Shown here: piece by piece, positions 24,681 through 39,974 of the stretch | Layout: every line of letters begins with the position of its first letter | How positions within the stretch are numbered: the first letter of the stretch is position 1 | NCBI GenBank assembly: GCA_964016885.1 | Contig: OZ024758.1 | Location: 24,800,001 to 24,864,000 of the forward strand | DNA: 64,000 nucleotides | Source of the DNA: Eledone cirrhosa | Lineage: Eukaryota | Reading direction: 5' to 3' | Notes under the pieces: model-generated | What the model was told of the DNA's origin: nothing | Seen by the model: the letters and a program-made list of their open reading frames with translations, nothing else | The model's database searches: none | Translations under genes and position numbers: made by a program

Positions 24681-25107
24681 ACGTGAAATAAACAAATACC
24701 GGGGTTTGTCCGGCCACTTCCGCTTCGCACCGGTCGCCCTCGAAACCTCAAGCGTACTTGGACCCCGTACTGCCGAGCTCCTCCGCAAAGATCGGAGCGA
24801 CGGTGGCCCGTCTGAGGAGGGAGCCCCGCAAAATTGGGTGGCTGTTGCAGCGGGTGTCACTGGCCATCGTCCGCAGGAATGCTTTTTCCGTCTTCTCAGT
24901 GGGGCACAGCACTTCTGCCCCTCTTTCCCCAGACCCAAAGCCCAATTACCCTCCCCCTTTACTCCTACCCTCTCTTCAACGACACCAGAGCTCTTGCCAT
25001 CCCCTCTCCTTCCCGTTCTTTTTCTTCTTTCTTTCTCTCTATTTCCCTATTCTTTCTTTCCTTTTTTTATTATTGCTGTCCTTATAGTTGTCATTATTAT
25101 TATTATT
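24681..25107 (+). mobile_element. CRE-clade non-LTR retrotransposon 3' fragment (restriction-like endonuclease C-terminus, pyrimidine-rich 3' UTR, ATT tail)
   Basis: KYRGLSGHFRFAPVALETSSVLGPRTAELLRKIGATVARLRREPRKIGWLLQRVSLAIVRRNA resembles the KY...FxPxxxETxGxxG...QRISxAIxRGNA end of CRE RLE domains. Confidence 0.75.
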
Positions 25108-25862
25108 AATCCCGCCGAGGTTAACTTTGCCTTTCATCCTTACGGGGTCGATAAAATAAAGTACCAGTAATACACTGGGTAATTGCTGGCCTTGTGCCTA
25201 AAGTAGAAACAATTATTATTATTATTAATATGAGGGCGGTGGATTGGCAGCATCGGTAGAGGGTCGGACGCCATGTTTAGCAGCATAGAGCTGCGGCCCT
25301 TTACAGTCTGAGTTCAAATCCCGCCGAGGTTATCTTTGCTGTTCATCCTTCCGGGGTCGATAAAATAAAGCACCAGTAATACACTCGGGTAATTGCTGGC
25401 CTTGCGCCAAAAGTAGAAAAAATTATTAATATGAGGGCAGTGGATTGGCAGTATCGGTAGAGGGTCAAACGCCATGCCTGGTAGCATAGAGTTACGGCCC
25501 TTTATGGTCTGAGTTCAAAATCCTGCCACGGTTAACTTTGCCTTTCATCCTTACGGGGTCAATAAAATAAAGTACCAGTCACGCACTGGGGTCGATTTAA
25601 TCGACTTTCCCCTCACCCAAAATTGCTGGCCTTGTGCCTATATAAGAAATCATTATTAATATAAATAGAGGGCGGTGGGTTGGCAGTATCGGTAGAGGGT
25701 CTGACACCATGCTTTCCAGCATAGTTACGTCCCTTTACGATCTGAGTTCAAATCCCGCCGAGGTAGGCTTTGCCTTTCATCCTTACGAGGTCGATAAAAT
25801 AAAGTACCAGTAATGAACTGGGTATTTGCTGGCCTTGTGCCTAAAGTAGAAACAATTATTAA
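25108..25862 (+). mobile_element. Four head-to-tail SINE B copies
   Basis: 25108-25215, 25234-25425, 25434-25660, 25669-25860. Confidence 0.85.
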
Positions 25863-26034
25863 TATAAATAGTAGATCGTATTTCTTATATTATATCTATG
25901 TCTGACGTTAGTGATGAGGCGTCTGTATCTGTGATTATATCCATTCTACGTAAACGTACGTGCATGTCATAGAGTGCTGAATAATATATCTGTATACAGC
26001 GCTGATGACATCATTTGACTTATAGACCCGACCG

Positions 26035-28065
26035 GCTAATGACTGTCAATGTTGACCATACTGACGTAGTTACGAAACATCAGTACATATTTGCTGACTT
26101 CACAGAACAGTAGATCAAAGCTAATGACTGTCAATGTTGACCATACTAACGTAGTTATGAAACATCAGTAAATATTTGCTGACTTCACAGAACAGTAGAT
26201 CAAAGCTAATGACTGTCAATGTTGACCGTACTGACGTAGTTATGAAACATCAGTAAATAAACATCAGTAAATATTTGCTGACGTCACAGAACAGTAGATC
26301 AAAGCTAATGACTGTCAATGTTGACCACACTGACGTAGTTATGAAACATCAGTAAATAAACATCAGTAAATATTTGCTGACGTCACAGAACAGTAGATCA
26401 AAGCTAATGACTGTCAATGTTGACCATACTGACGTAGTTACGAAACATCAGTACATATTTGCTGACTTCACAGAACAGTAGATCAAAGCTAATGACTGTC
26501 AATGTTGACCATACTGACGTAGTTATGAAACATCAGTAAATAAACATCAGTACATATTTGCTGACGTCACAGAACAGTAGATCAAAGCTAATGACTGTCA
26601 ATGTTGACCATACTGACGTAGTTACGAAACATCAGTACATATTTGCTGACTTCACAGAACAGTAGATCAAAGCTAATGACTGTCAATGTTGACCATACTG
26701 ACGTAGTTATGAAACATCAGTAAATAAACATCAGTACATATTTGCTGACGTCACAGAACAGTAGATCAAAGCTAATGACTGTCAATGTTGACCATACTGA
26801 CGTAGTTCTGAAACATCAGTAAATAAACATCAGTAAATATTTGCTGACGTCACAGACAGTAGATCAAAGCTAATGACTGTCAATGTTGACCATACTGACG
26901 TAGTTATGAAACATCAGTAAATAAACATCAGTAAATATTTGCTGACGTCACAGAACAGTAGATCAAAGCTAATGACCGTCAATGTTGACCATACTGACGT
27001 AGTTACGAAACATCAGTACATATTTGCTGACGTCACAGAACAGTAGATCAAAGCTAATGACTGTCAATATTGACCATACTGACGTAGTTACGAAACATCA
27101 GTACATATTTGCTGACTTCACAGAACAGTAGATCAAAGCTAATGACTGTCAATGTTGACCATACTGACGTAGTTATGAAACATCAGTAAATAAACATCAG
27201 TACATATTTGCTGACGTCACAGAACAGTAGATCAAAGCTAATGACTGTCAATGTTGACCATACTGACGTAGTTACGAAACATCAGTACATATTTGCTGAC
27301 TTCACAGAACAGTAGATCAAAGCTAATGACTGTCAATGTTGACCATACTGACGTAGTTATGAAACATCAGTAAATAAACATCAGTACATATTTGCTGACG
27401 TCACAGAACAGTAGATCAAAGCTAATGACTGTCAATGTTGACCATACTGACGTAGTTCTGAAACATCAGTAAATAAACATCAGTAAATATTTGCTGACGT
27501 CACAGAACAGTAGATCAAAGCTAATGACTGTCAATGTTGACCACACTGACGTAGTTATGAAACATCAGTAAATAAACATCAGTAAATATTTGCTGACGTC
27601 ACAGGACAGTAGATCAAAGCTAATGACTGTCAATGTTGACCATACTGACGTAGTTATGAAACATCAGTACATATTTGCTGACGTCACAGAACAGTAGATC
27701 AAAGCTAATGACTGTCAATGTTGACTATACTGACGTAGTTATGAAACATCAGTAAATAAACATCAGTAAATATTTGCTGACGTCACAGGACAGTAGATCA
27801 AAGCTAATGACTGTCAATGTTGACTATACTGACGTAGTTACGAAACATCAGTACATATTTGCTGACGTCACAGAACAGTAGATCAAAGCTAATGACTGTC
27901 AATGTTGACTATACTGACGTAGTTATGAAACATCAGTAAATAATCAGTAAATATTTGCTGACGTCACAGGACAGTAGATCAAAGCTAATGACTGTCAATG
28001 TTGACCATACTGACGTAGTTACGAAACATCTGTACATATTTACTGACGTCACAAAACAGTAGATC
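26035..28065. repeat. 85/99-bp minisatellite, about 22 copies
   Basis: Unit GCTAATGACTGTCAATGTTGACCATACTGACGTAGTTAYGAAACATCAGTA...GCTGACKTCACAGAACAGTAGATCAAA; 99-bp form has a 14-bp internal duplication. Confidence 0.97.
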
Positions 28066-28749
28066 TCCACGTGTAATAAGCGTTGATGACCGTAGTATAT
28101 ACATGTACTGAGACGCCATGACGTCAATAAAAGGTTCGCTAGCAAGCAATGGGAAATGATAAGAAACCTCTATCTATATTAGAGTGAGATATTTCTTCAA
28201 ACCAGCTGCTATTCAAAGTGTATGTATTGAAACTTATTTAGTGTTTATAGACGAACATTTTATGGTAGGTTGGCGGTGGTTACGACGCTGACAACGATAA
28301 ACCTCATCAACTAAACAAAATATATCTCAAGATAAATGCGGAAGAACTCCAGACGCTGAGTGGGTTCGGTCGAGGGCGACTCTGCAATCCGATAAACCAC
28401 ATGTCTACATAGCTAACAATTACTATGCAGGCACATCTGTAATAACAATTCCAATACCACTGGTTGATTGAGGGGAAGGCCCAGTTGTGTAACCTTGGAC
28501 TATATCTGTCTGTAAATCTGCCAGTCCGCCTCTCTGTCTGTCTCTATGTCCGTCTGTCTGTCTGTTAGCTGATGAATAGAGTCTTACTTGTAGAAAGGAA
28601 AAAAGACCAAAAGAAGAATGAGCTATAGAAAAGTCTGAACGCAGAAAAGATTTTCTTTTAGCAACATTCAGACACACACACACACGTATATATACTTTGA
28701 TTAGAATGCTGTTGATATGTGTATACATTTTTGGGACACCCTCTGTGCA

Positions 28750-30370
<1,621 letters not shown>

Positions 30371-30829
30371 GAGTCTAATCTGATCAACAAAACACGTAGG
30401 AATCTCAAGAAAAGATACTAACAGTTTCAATTATATAATTGTTTTGTTGCCAAGTTGTTAGATTTAACGCTGAGCTCCACCCAGCAAATAACTCGACAGG
30501 AAGAAATAGTTGACCCACAATTAACCACACATTGAGTGCTTCAAGAAAAACAGAAGCAACTTTTTTACCCTCTATACTGCATAAGTAGTAAATATCTCAT
30601 TGATGTTCCACCAATAAATATTATAAATACCCGCCCACCTACCCACGCACCCCGATTGATAAAATACATGCTATGTAGCCATTCATTTACGGTAGAAATT
30701 CGGTTCACGAACGCCTCTCATCACGAACAAATCGGTTTTCAAACAATTTTTTGCTGAACATAAAATGTCTCAAGTGACGAATGGTGTCTCAGATAACGAA
30801 CACGCAAGGCGGCAATATATATATAATAG

Positions 30830-31026
30830 TGTCTAATATAGGCACAAGGTCAGCAATTTTGGGGGAGGGGAAAATTCGATTAAATCGACCCAAGTGCGCG
30901 ACTGGTACTTTATTTTATCGACCCCGTAAGGATGAAAGGCAAAGTTAACCACGGCGGGATTTTGAACACAGATCGTAAAGGGCCGTAACTCTGTGTTGCA
31001 AAGCATGGCGTCCGACCCTCTACCGT
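30830..31026 (-). mobile_element. SINE B
   Basis: Consensus match. Confidence 0.85.
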
Positions 31027-31142
31027 AGGCGCCAATATATAATGATGCTTGAATCCTAGATTTTCCTTGACCCTCTTCTTTGTCACTCTTCGTTTTGTCA
31101 CTCTTCGTTTTGTCACTCTTCCTTTTGTCACTCTTGCCATCA

Positions 31143-31570
31143 ACGTAAAATAAACAAATACCGGGGTTTGTCCGGCCGCTTCGTCTCCCCACCGGTAGCC
31201 GTCGAGACCTCAGGCGTACTTGGACCCCGTACTGCCGAACTCCTCCGCAAGATCGGAGCGTCGGTGGCCCGTCCGAGGAGGGAACCCCGTGAGGTTGGGT
31301 GGCTGTTGCAGCGGGTGTCTCTGGCCATCGTCTGGGGGGGGGGAATGCTTTTGCCGTCTTGTCCTCGGGGCGCAGCACTTCTGCCCTCTTGCCCTAGGCT
31401 TAAAGCCCAATCACCCTACCCCCCTGCGACACCAGAGCTCTTGCCATCCCTTCCGCTTCCCGTTCTTTTTCTTTCTCTCTTTTTTCTTTATATTTCCCTA
31501 TTCTTTCTTTCTTCTTGTTGCCCCCTTTTTTTTTATTATTTCCGTCATTATAGTTGCCATTGTTATTATT
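31143..31570 (+). mobile_element. CRE-clade RLE 3' fragment (copy 2)
   Basis: KINKYRGLSGRFVSPPVAVETSGVLGPRTAELLRKIGASVARPRREPREVGWLLQRVSLAIV. Confidence 0.75.
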
Positions 31571-31583
31571 GACAGTGATTATG

Positions 31584-32172
31584 GACGGTAGATTGGCAGT
31601 ATTGGTAGAGCAGCAGACACCATGCTTTGGAGCATAGAGTTACGGCCCTTTACGTTCTGAGTTCAAATCCGCCGAGGTTAACTTTGCCTTTCATCCAGGA
31701 CGATAAAATAAAGTACCAGTCCCAGTCACACACGGGGTCAATTTAATCGACTTTCCCCTCTCCTTAAAAAAATTACTGGCCTTGTGCCTATATGAGACTA
31801 TTATTATTATTGTTTTGGCAGTATCGGTAGAGGGTCTGACGCCATGCTTTCCAGCATAGTTACGTCCCTTTACGATCTGAGTTCAAATCCCGCCGAGGTT
31901 GACTTTATTTTATCGACTCCGTAAGGATGAAAGGCAAAGTACCAGTAATACACTGGGGTAATTGCTGGCCTTGTGCCTAAAGTAGAAACAATTATTATTG
32001 TTAGGGTCGGACGCCATGCTTTGACGCATAGAGTTACGGCCCTTGCCATTCTGAGTTCAAATCCCGCCGCGGTTGACTTTGCCTTTCATCCTTACGGGGT
32101 CGATAAAATAAAATACCAGTAATACACTGAGGAATTTCTGGCCTTGTGCCTAAAGTAGAAACAATTATTATT
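31584..32172 (+). mobile_element. Three head-to-tail SINE B copies
   Basis: 31584-31800, 31816-31995, 32003-32170. Confidence 0.8.
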
Positions 32173-32397
32173 ATCGTTACTGTAAATAATATGTTTATAC
32201 AGTTTTTACCAATTAAATCTTCACTAAATTACGATGTCTTCGTTCTAATTACCTTCCTACGACTAAGTGAGAAGTTGTGTGTTTTTTAAATGGCCAAAGA
32301 ATTGATTACAAACTCATTAATCTCTGAGTAAGATTTCTGATAGTCTAAAACAACACACATAACAGTGAAACCAACAGGTCGACAATATAATCTACTA

Positions 32398-32670
32398 AAG
32401 TCTGTCTTAAACTAGTAGGCTCATTTGGCCGGTGCTTATCCCGGTTTAATGGCGTGAAGCCACTGAGAGTACAAGACTTCCCCCTGGACAGGATGCCAGT
32501 CCATCGCAGGGTTAAACCCCCAGCTATTGCTGGTACTCATTTTCAGCTGAGTATACAGGAGCAACGTGAAATAAAGTGTTTTGCTCAAGAACACAACACG
32601 CAACCCAACCCAGGAATCGAACCGACGGCATTATGATCGCAAGTCCAACACCCTTACCACTAGGCCACAC
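32398..32670 (-). mobile_element. SINE A, unexpanded copy
   Basis: tRNA-like head GTGTGGCCTAGTGGTAAGGGTG...GGTTCGATTCC; contains one copy of the 58-bp unit. Confidence 0.8.
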
Positions 32671-33635
32671 GATAATTTCAAAAATATCGTAAATTGTGAT
32701 CTGTGTGGCACTCAAGATGTCACAAGAATACAAATATATTCATGAGCAAAAGATAAAACTTTGAACAAACATTTTATTGGTTTGCATTACTGAATTTAAA
32801 GTCTCCTTCGTCTGAAACATGGGTAAACCGCTTTTCTATATTCTCTTCGAGAACTCCTGAGACTCAACAGTATTTCAAACTACGAGAACTCGACAGTATT
32901 TCAGAATAACTTTCATACATACAACTGTGTGGGGGAGAGAAGAAAAAACACACTACTATAAATGCCGCTGCCTTTACTACTGTTAAAAACAACAAAAGTT
33001 ATGTAGATTCTAAAAACAGTACATAAATACTAATTAGGTTCTTGAATGCAAGTCTTGTAGAGAAACTAAATTATCTGTAAACACAGAGAATAAGAGAACG
33101 AAAGTGAATGTAAGAAAGATGTGTAAAGGAGACTAAATACATGAAGTGATGAGGAGAAAGAGTGAGTCTGGCGATGTTAAAAAAACACAGACAGTTTGTA
33201 TTTGAGTTGGCGGATGTGAGCTTGTTTGTATGTGAGTAAGAGCTGTCTGTATCAGACATGCTTGCACGTCTGTTTGCGTTGATGATTACGAATGCAGAAT
33301 AAAATAAAAGCTACAATAAGACGAAGAGGAGATGAAAAAGAGTAAAATAACAGAGAAAAAGAGACACGAAAATGGAAACTTTGTCTCTTAAAATATAATT
33401 GAAAAGGAAGACGTTGTTTTTTCATAACAAAAAAAAAAGATGTTAGTTACAGTAATGTCTTATTTTTATTTCATTTTTTTATTACATTATTTTAACAAAT
33501 GTAGAAAGTCCCAAATTTGTAGAGGAAATTTAGAAATAAAAAAAATTTAGAAATTAGAAATTTTAGCGTTCATAAACTTACGAAAGTATCAGCAGGGGAA
33601 TAAAGCTAAATTGCTTTAGCTAATATTCGAAAGTT

Positions 33636-33975
33636 ACTCGGACTCCGTACTGCCGAGCTACTCCGCAAGATCGGAGCGTCGGCGGCCCGTCTGAGGAGGG
33701 AGCTCCGCGAGGTTGGGTGGCTGTTAGGGCATCGGGTGTCACTGGCCATCGTCCGCGGGAATGCTTTTGCCGACTTGTCAGCGGGGCACAGCACTTCTGC
33801 CACTTGCCCTAGGCCCAAAACCCAATCACCCTCCCCCTTCACCTCTCCCTTCACTTTTGCGACACCAGAACTCTTGCCATCCCCTCCCCGTTCTTTTCCT
33901 GTCTTTCTCTCTTTTTTTTTTCTATATTTCCCTATTCTTTCTCTCCTTTTGTTTGCCCTTTTTATTTTTTATTTG
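33636..33975 (+). mobile_element. CRE-clade RLE 3' fragment (copy 3)
   Basis: Homologous to 24757-25070; ...VSLAIVRGNAF. Confidence 0.7.
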
Positions 33976-34269
33976 TCTTGGTCACCTATAAGTATTTACC
34001 TAGGTTTATTGTAGTGCTATTTTGACCCCTGATTTGTGTGTGTTTTTGCTGATATACTGGAATTTGCTGGGATGCAGGTTTTAACCCTTTAATGATTATA
34101 TTTCTTGTGAAATAAACCATTTATTATGTAAAAGAAAAAACAAAGTTATAGAATTAACACAGATTTTGTGAACTGTAGGATCGTTGATCATAAGGTTCCA
34201 AACTTACTAATTACTTGTTCATTGTATTTCTAAAGATGAGAGGGACACAAAGTGTTTGTGCCATGCCTT

Positions 34270-34545
34270 AAGTCTATATCTAGTCCAGAGGTTCATCAGG
34301 TTGGTGCTTATTCCAGTTTTCCAAAACTCCTCACTGGAAAGGACTCCAGTCCATCCAGTTAATCGTAGGGTTAAACCCCCCACTTATTGCTGGTACTCAC
34401 ATTTACAGCTGAGTATACTGCCACAACGTGAAATGAACTCAAGGAAATACTCAAGAACATAACACAGAACAGAACCCAGTCCAGGAATCGAACTCCTGAC
34501 ATAATAACCGTAAGTACAACACCCTTACCAATAGGCCATGTGCCA
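34270..34545 (-). mobile_element. SINE A, diverged copy
   Basis: Colinear with 32398-32670. Confidence 0.7.
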
Positions 34546-34674
34546 AGCCGGCAACTTGATTGCAAGAGCGTTTATTTGTGTGGACCCACTGGTTCTCCGG
34601 TTTTCTCGCCGGCCAGTTGCCGACTCCTGCTCTACTCTATGTCAAAAGCTAAACCGCTACATTGACACACGGCT

Positions 34675-35505
34675 AGCAATTTAGGGGGAAAAGGAGGAAT
34701 TGATTATAACCACCCCAGTACTTGACTGATACTTTATTTTATTGACCCCAGACTGATGAAAGTCAAAGTTGACCTCGGTGGGATTTCAACTCAGAATGGC
34801 AAGGGCCGTAACTATGCGTCAAAGCATGGCGTCCGACCCTCTACCGATACTGCCAATCCACTGACCCGAATAATAATAATTGTTTCTATTTTAGGCACAA
34901 GGCCAGCAATTACCCAGTGCATGACTGGTACTTTATTTTATCGACCCCGTAAGGATGAAAGGCAAAGTAACCTCGGCGGGATTTGAACTCAGATCATAAA
35001 GGGACGTAACTCTATGCTTCAAAGCATGGCGTCCGACCCTCTACAGATACTGCCAATCCACCGACCCTAATAATAATAGTTTCTTATATAAGCACAAGGC
35101 CAGCAATTTGGGGGGAGGGGGAGTCGATTAAATCGACCCCAGTGCGAGACTGGTACTTTATTTTATCGACCTCGTAAGGATGAAAGGCAAAGTTAACCTA
35201 GACGGGATTTCAACTGAGAAAGTAAAGGGCCGTAACTGGATGCTGCAAAGTTCTTTGTCAGACACTCAATCGATACTGCCGATCCACCGCCCTAATAATA
35301 ATAATGATAATAATACTAATAGTTTCTACTTTAGGCACAAGGCCAGCAATTATCCAGTGCATTACTGGTACTTTATTTTATCGACCCCGTAAGGATGAAA
35401 GGCAAACTTAACCTCAGTTGGATTTGAACTCGGAATGTACAGGGACGTAACTATATACCGCAAAGTATATTGACCGACGCTCTACCGATCCTGCCAATCC
35501 ACCGC
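34675..35505 (-). mobile_element. Four tandem SINE B copies
   Basis: 34675-34865, 34878-35066, 35078-35292, 35320-35505. Confidence 0.85.
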
Positions 35506-35542
35506 GCCAACATACGCATATAGATATGCATGAGTATGACTA

Positions 35543-35635
<93 letters not shown>

Positions 35636-35642
35636 TGTGTGT

Positions 35643-35679
<37 letters not shown>

Positions 35680-36056
35680 GTGTGTGCGTGCGCACGCTCG
35701 TTTGAGCTCGCGCGTGTTTGTAAACATATACTAAAAGTATATGTTTAATGTTTACAAACACACTCACCTATTCATAATCACATATTCATCGGTATTGCTG
35801 GCACACGTAGATTTCACATTAAACGCTGGCTACAGAAGCTAATATAGGCAAGCTGTTTGAAGCTAGATGAAATTCTTCTCAGAGATTCCTATGTCACTGG
35901 TTACAAGTTTGTTTATATTTCTATATTATCTTTCTGATACCAGTCAACGCTAAAATGTCATCGGTGTCTCATTTGCTCGCCTAACTTTTACTTGACGACC
36001 GTATAGGGGGGTTTCCCCTCTCCCAACTGAAGATCAAATTTGGTCATCGGTATATA

Positions 36057-36420
36057 CAGAGTGAGTATAAAGTACTTCCCTGGTTATAAAATACCATATC
36101 TCGGATACTATTTGATGTTTTACTTTTTCATAGTTTGAATTTATAAATTTAAAGTTTAAAGTTTTTCTGAACATGTTTTTACATTTTCTCTTCTAAAACT
36201 GTTTTTCTATCTTGATTATGTTTTGCTTAATAAAGGTTTATAATCAGGGAAATACTTTATGCTCACCCAGAGTGAATCCCCCTGGGTAAGCCGTCCTGGA
36301 CTTTATCCTCACCCATGGTTTCTCACCCATGGTTTCTCACCCATGGTTTCTCACCCAGGGTGGCTCGCTGAGGGAGAGTCACCCTGGGTGAGCCATCCTG
36401 GACTTTATGCTTACCCTGTA
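36057..36420. mobile_element. Tc1/mariner-type MITE with a rearranged, tandemly repeated right end
   Basis: TA-CAGAGTGAGTATAAAGTACTTCCCTGGTTATAAA versus TTTATAATCAGGGAAATACTTTATGCTCACCC (36237-36268) and ACTTTATGCTTACCCTG-TA (36402-36420). Confidence 0.6.
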
Positions 36421-36519
36421 CATAAGTTTTAGGTCAAATTTTCAGCCTAAAATCATTGAAATCATTGCCTAAGCATTGAAATCATTAATCTTCTTTGCCC
36501 AATTATTCCTGAGAGGGTT

Positions 36520-36650
36520 GCTAGATTAGAGCCCTCAAACACTCCTTCCAGCGGGTCCTGTGAGAAGCAACCGTATCCAATTGATTCAGCTGGATCCCCA
36601 AGTGAGACCAGCCGAGCTCAGAGATGTTATCCGACCATCTTGCACCAGAT
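36520..36650 (-). mobile_element. RTE LINE 3' fragment
   Basis: ARWSDNISELGWSHLGIQLNQLDTVASHRTRWKECLRAL, paralogous to 37190-37315. Confidence 0.7.
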
Positions 36651-36924
36651 GTGTGGTGTAGTGGTAAGGGTGTTGTGGAGGGGTGTGGTGATCTCTGTGG
36701 ATTAGTGGTAAGCATTCGAGATGGCGGTGGCTCTGATTGGGTTTCAACCTCGGTTAAAGTCTAAGTGGGGGCTTGATAATTAATGTTACGATAAATCATA
36801 ACTGGCAGAGTAAGAGCTAGATTAATCCCCCTTTTCTGTCCCTAAGCACTTAAAAGATTATGCCCCACCACCACACTAATGATGTCCCTCTTCCTTTGAT
36901 GCCTTGGATAACTTTTTATTTTGC

Positions 36925-37335
36925 TTAATAGTGCGTAGCTCGGAGATCAGAGAGTCACTCCAGGTAGAGCCGCTCCTTCTCCGAATTGAGAGATCACAGC
37001 TCCGATACTATGGACATGTGGTTAGAATGTCTCAGGAGATCAGAGAGTCACTCCACGTAGAGCCGCTACTTCTCCGAATTGAGAGATCACAGCTCCGATA
37101 CTATGGGCATGTGGTTAGAATGTCTCAGGAAAGAATCGCTGGACAGATTTTATGGGCGAAACCAACTGGCAAGAGACCTGGGGGTAAACCTCGAGCAAGA
37201 TGTTTGGATAACATCCATGAGCTTGGCTGGTCACGCTCGGGGATCCAGCCGTATCAGTTGAAGACGGTTGCTTCTGACAGGACCCGCTGGAGGAAGTGTT
37301 TGAAGACTTTGTCCCCACGACCCCTTCAAGAAGAA
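36925..37335 (+). mobile_element. RTE LINE 3' fragment with a 93-bp internal duplication
   Basis: VRSSEIRESLQVEPLLLRIERSQLRYYGHVVRMSQ (x2)...GKRPGGKPRARCLD...DRTRWR. Confidence 0.82.
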
Positions 37336-38221
37336 GAAGACGTTACGTCAGCTCTGATATAAGTTAATAAGGCTTTTGGCAGATTCATGTTTTGCATTGA
37401 ACAATGCAGTCCCCGATACACAAAAAAGGCGAGATTGTCACGACTGGAAAACATTTGATCGTAGGTGTACTTGTTCAGGGCTGACTTGGAGATAAACAAA
37501 AACTATCATCCTTAATCTCCTCCTCTTCATCATCATTATCTCCCCCTCATTATCATCCTCATCACCATCACATCACCATCACATCATCACCATCATCACA
37601 ATCACTATCACATCATCACCACCACCATCATCGTTAAGGATGATGTGGAGTGAGATAAGCAATGGCACATGTTAGTAGATTGCACTACTAAATACCGTGT
37701 GTTTCGTTACGCAACTCTACGCTGTGAAGTCAGACCTGTTTAATGCCGACTTTTACTTTCATCTCTCTCTCAGCAGGACTGATAACAATTATCAGTCAAG
37801 TACTGAACTTCATTTAATTTATGTTTTACTTCCCGTAAAGTTTGCAGCTTTCTATCTATGGAGCATCGGACATGTTTTACGGCATAAAGTTAAGGCCTTT
37901 TACGTTCTGAGCTCAAATCCTGTCGAGGCTACAGTTTTGCCTTTCATCCTTACGGGGACGATAAAATAAAGTACCAGTAATGCACTGGGGTCAATTTAAT
38001 TGACTTTCTCCACCACCCAAAATAATTGGCCTTGAGCCTAATTCATCGCCCGTTTTAAAACCAGAACCTTTGGTGTCTTTAACGGTGTCCACTGAGTTCC
38101 AAATATTTAAACCATATCTCAGAGATTACTTTCTCCCTTCTTCCGACTACTTATAAAGGATTTGAAAGGTTTTGAGCAAAGTCATACTTTAACCAAGTTG
38201 TTATTGTATAAGACTACTGCT

Positions 38222-38427
38222 AGCGGAAATGCTTTTGACGACTTGTCTGCGGGGCACAACATTCCTCTCCTCTTGCCCTAGGCCCAAAATCCAATCACCC
38301 TCCCACTTCACCCCCGCTTCTGCGACACCAGAGCTCTCCCATTCATTTTCTTTTTCTCTCCTTTTTCTGATTATTTCCCTATTCTTTCTTTCCTTTTGTT
38401 TCCCTTTTTTGTTTTTTATTATTGCCG

Positions 38428-38459
<32 letters not shown>

Positions 38460-38652
38460 GGCGGTGGATTGGCAGTATCGGTAGAGGGTCGGACGCCATG
38501 CTTTGACGCATAGAGTTACGGCCCTTGCCATTCTGAGTTCAAATCCCGCCGAGGATAACTTTGCCTTTCATCCTTACGGGGTCGATAAAATAAAGTACCA
38601 GTAATGCACTGGGTAATTGCTGGCCTTGTGCCAAAAGGAGAAACAATTATTA
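38222..38652 (+). mobile_element. CRE 3' UTR fragment (copy 4) followed by (ATT)n and a full SINE B
   Basis: 38222-38430 homologous to 24872-25090; SINE B 38459-38650. Confidence 0.75.
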
Positions 38653-39069
38653 GTACATTTGCTAAAAGGTGGATGAATGTGGCGAGAATGGCTCGTGTGA
38701 ATGGGCCTACTCTGACCATGCGCCTATAGGCTAGCTAACTTGAGGAGAGGGGCGCTCTCCCTAGGTACCCTAGAAGCGCAGGGTGGTTCAGCATTGGTGG
38801 GGTACCTGAGTCACCCCTGGGTCGTCCACCCCCTATAGGGAAATTTATTTTGTTATATTTATGCATAGTTTATATTTGTACATCTTCATTATTAAATTAG
38901 TCTTGCCATTGTGCACTTTTACTCGACCTTATTGTAAATCCCCACTGTCCCTGTCTTTGTATTGGCCCCTAATGAAGGCTGGAAGATCACTGATGAAGGA
39001 CTAATTTTATTCATATATATATATATATATGGAATACTGTTGGCTTCTTGCTACAATAATTTCTATACT

Positions 39070-39116
<47 letters not shown>

Positions 39117-39523
39117 AGTGGTCAATCTTTGCCTTTAGCCCACGGACAAACTACCTCTTCTTTGACTACATCACTCTTTTATTATTTCATTTCAGTTATC
39201 TCTTAATTACTTCCCCTTCTCATATTTCTTTAGTACTTTTACAGCCGACTTTTATTTTATGTATAAATGAACGATATCCGATGTCTACTTAATTATGATA
39301 TCCGATGTCTACTTAATTCGAAGGTCATTACAAGTTAGGGATGATGACTTTATACAATTCCTAGTTTACAGTACAAATTAATTTCGAGGTTAGTCGTTAT
39401 ATAAGTTGACCACACACTCCTTAATCTTATACTTATTCCTATATCACATCAACTCTCTTATGTAAGAGGATTTCATTTCTTTCCCATTCCGTTCTGTTCT
39501 GCTCTGGTTGAATGACACAATAA

Positions 39524-39955
39524 AATGCTTAGCGGTTAGAGCGTCGGGCTTACAGTGGTGAGATTATGTGTTCGATTCCCGGGTCGAGCTGTGTTGTGTT
39601 CTTGAACAAGAACTGAAAATAACAAGACTCACTTTTTAACCTTAATATAATGAATATGTATGTATGTGCTATCGGGAGTTTGTGATGCGTTGTGTCATTG
39701 AGCAAGACACTTTATTTTCACGTTACTCCAGTTTACTCAGCTGTATAAACGAGTTGCGACGTCACTGGTGTCAAACTGTATCAGCCATTGCCTTTCCCTT
39801 GGACAACGTCGGTGGCGTGAAGAGGGAATACTGAAATGCATGGGTGACTTCTGGTCTTCCACAAACAAACCTTGCCCGGACTTGTGCCTCGGAGGGAAAC
39901 TTTCTCGGTGCAAATCACATGGTTATTCGTGACGGAAAGGGAACCTTACACTTTA
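39524..39955 (+). mobile_element. SINE A-related tRNA-SINE pieces
   Basis: Head TGCTTAGCGGTTAGAGCG...GTTCGATTCCC; central TTGAGCAAGACACTTTATTTTCACGTTACTCCAGTTTACTCAGCTG shared with family A. Confidence 0.65.
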
Positions 39956-39974
39956 CCATGTACGTGTTCGACTA

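Noticed and set aside
32760-33420. Non-repetitive stretch with CTATAAAT as a promoter or first exon (also 12060-12560)
   Set aside because: No recognisable coding signal or splice structure; a TATA-like word is uninformative in AT-rich DNA
38655-38840. GC-rich piece reading FAKRWMNVARMARVNGPTLTMRL* as an L1/Tx1 3' end
   Set aside because: Too short to assign from sequence alone
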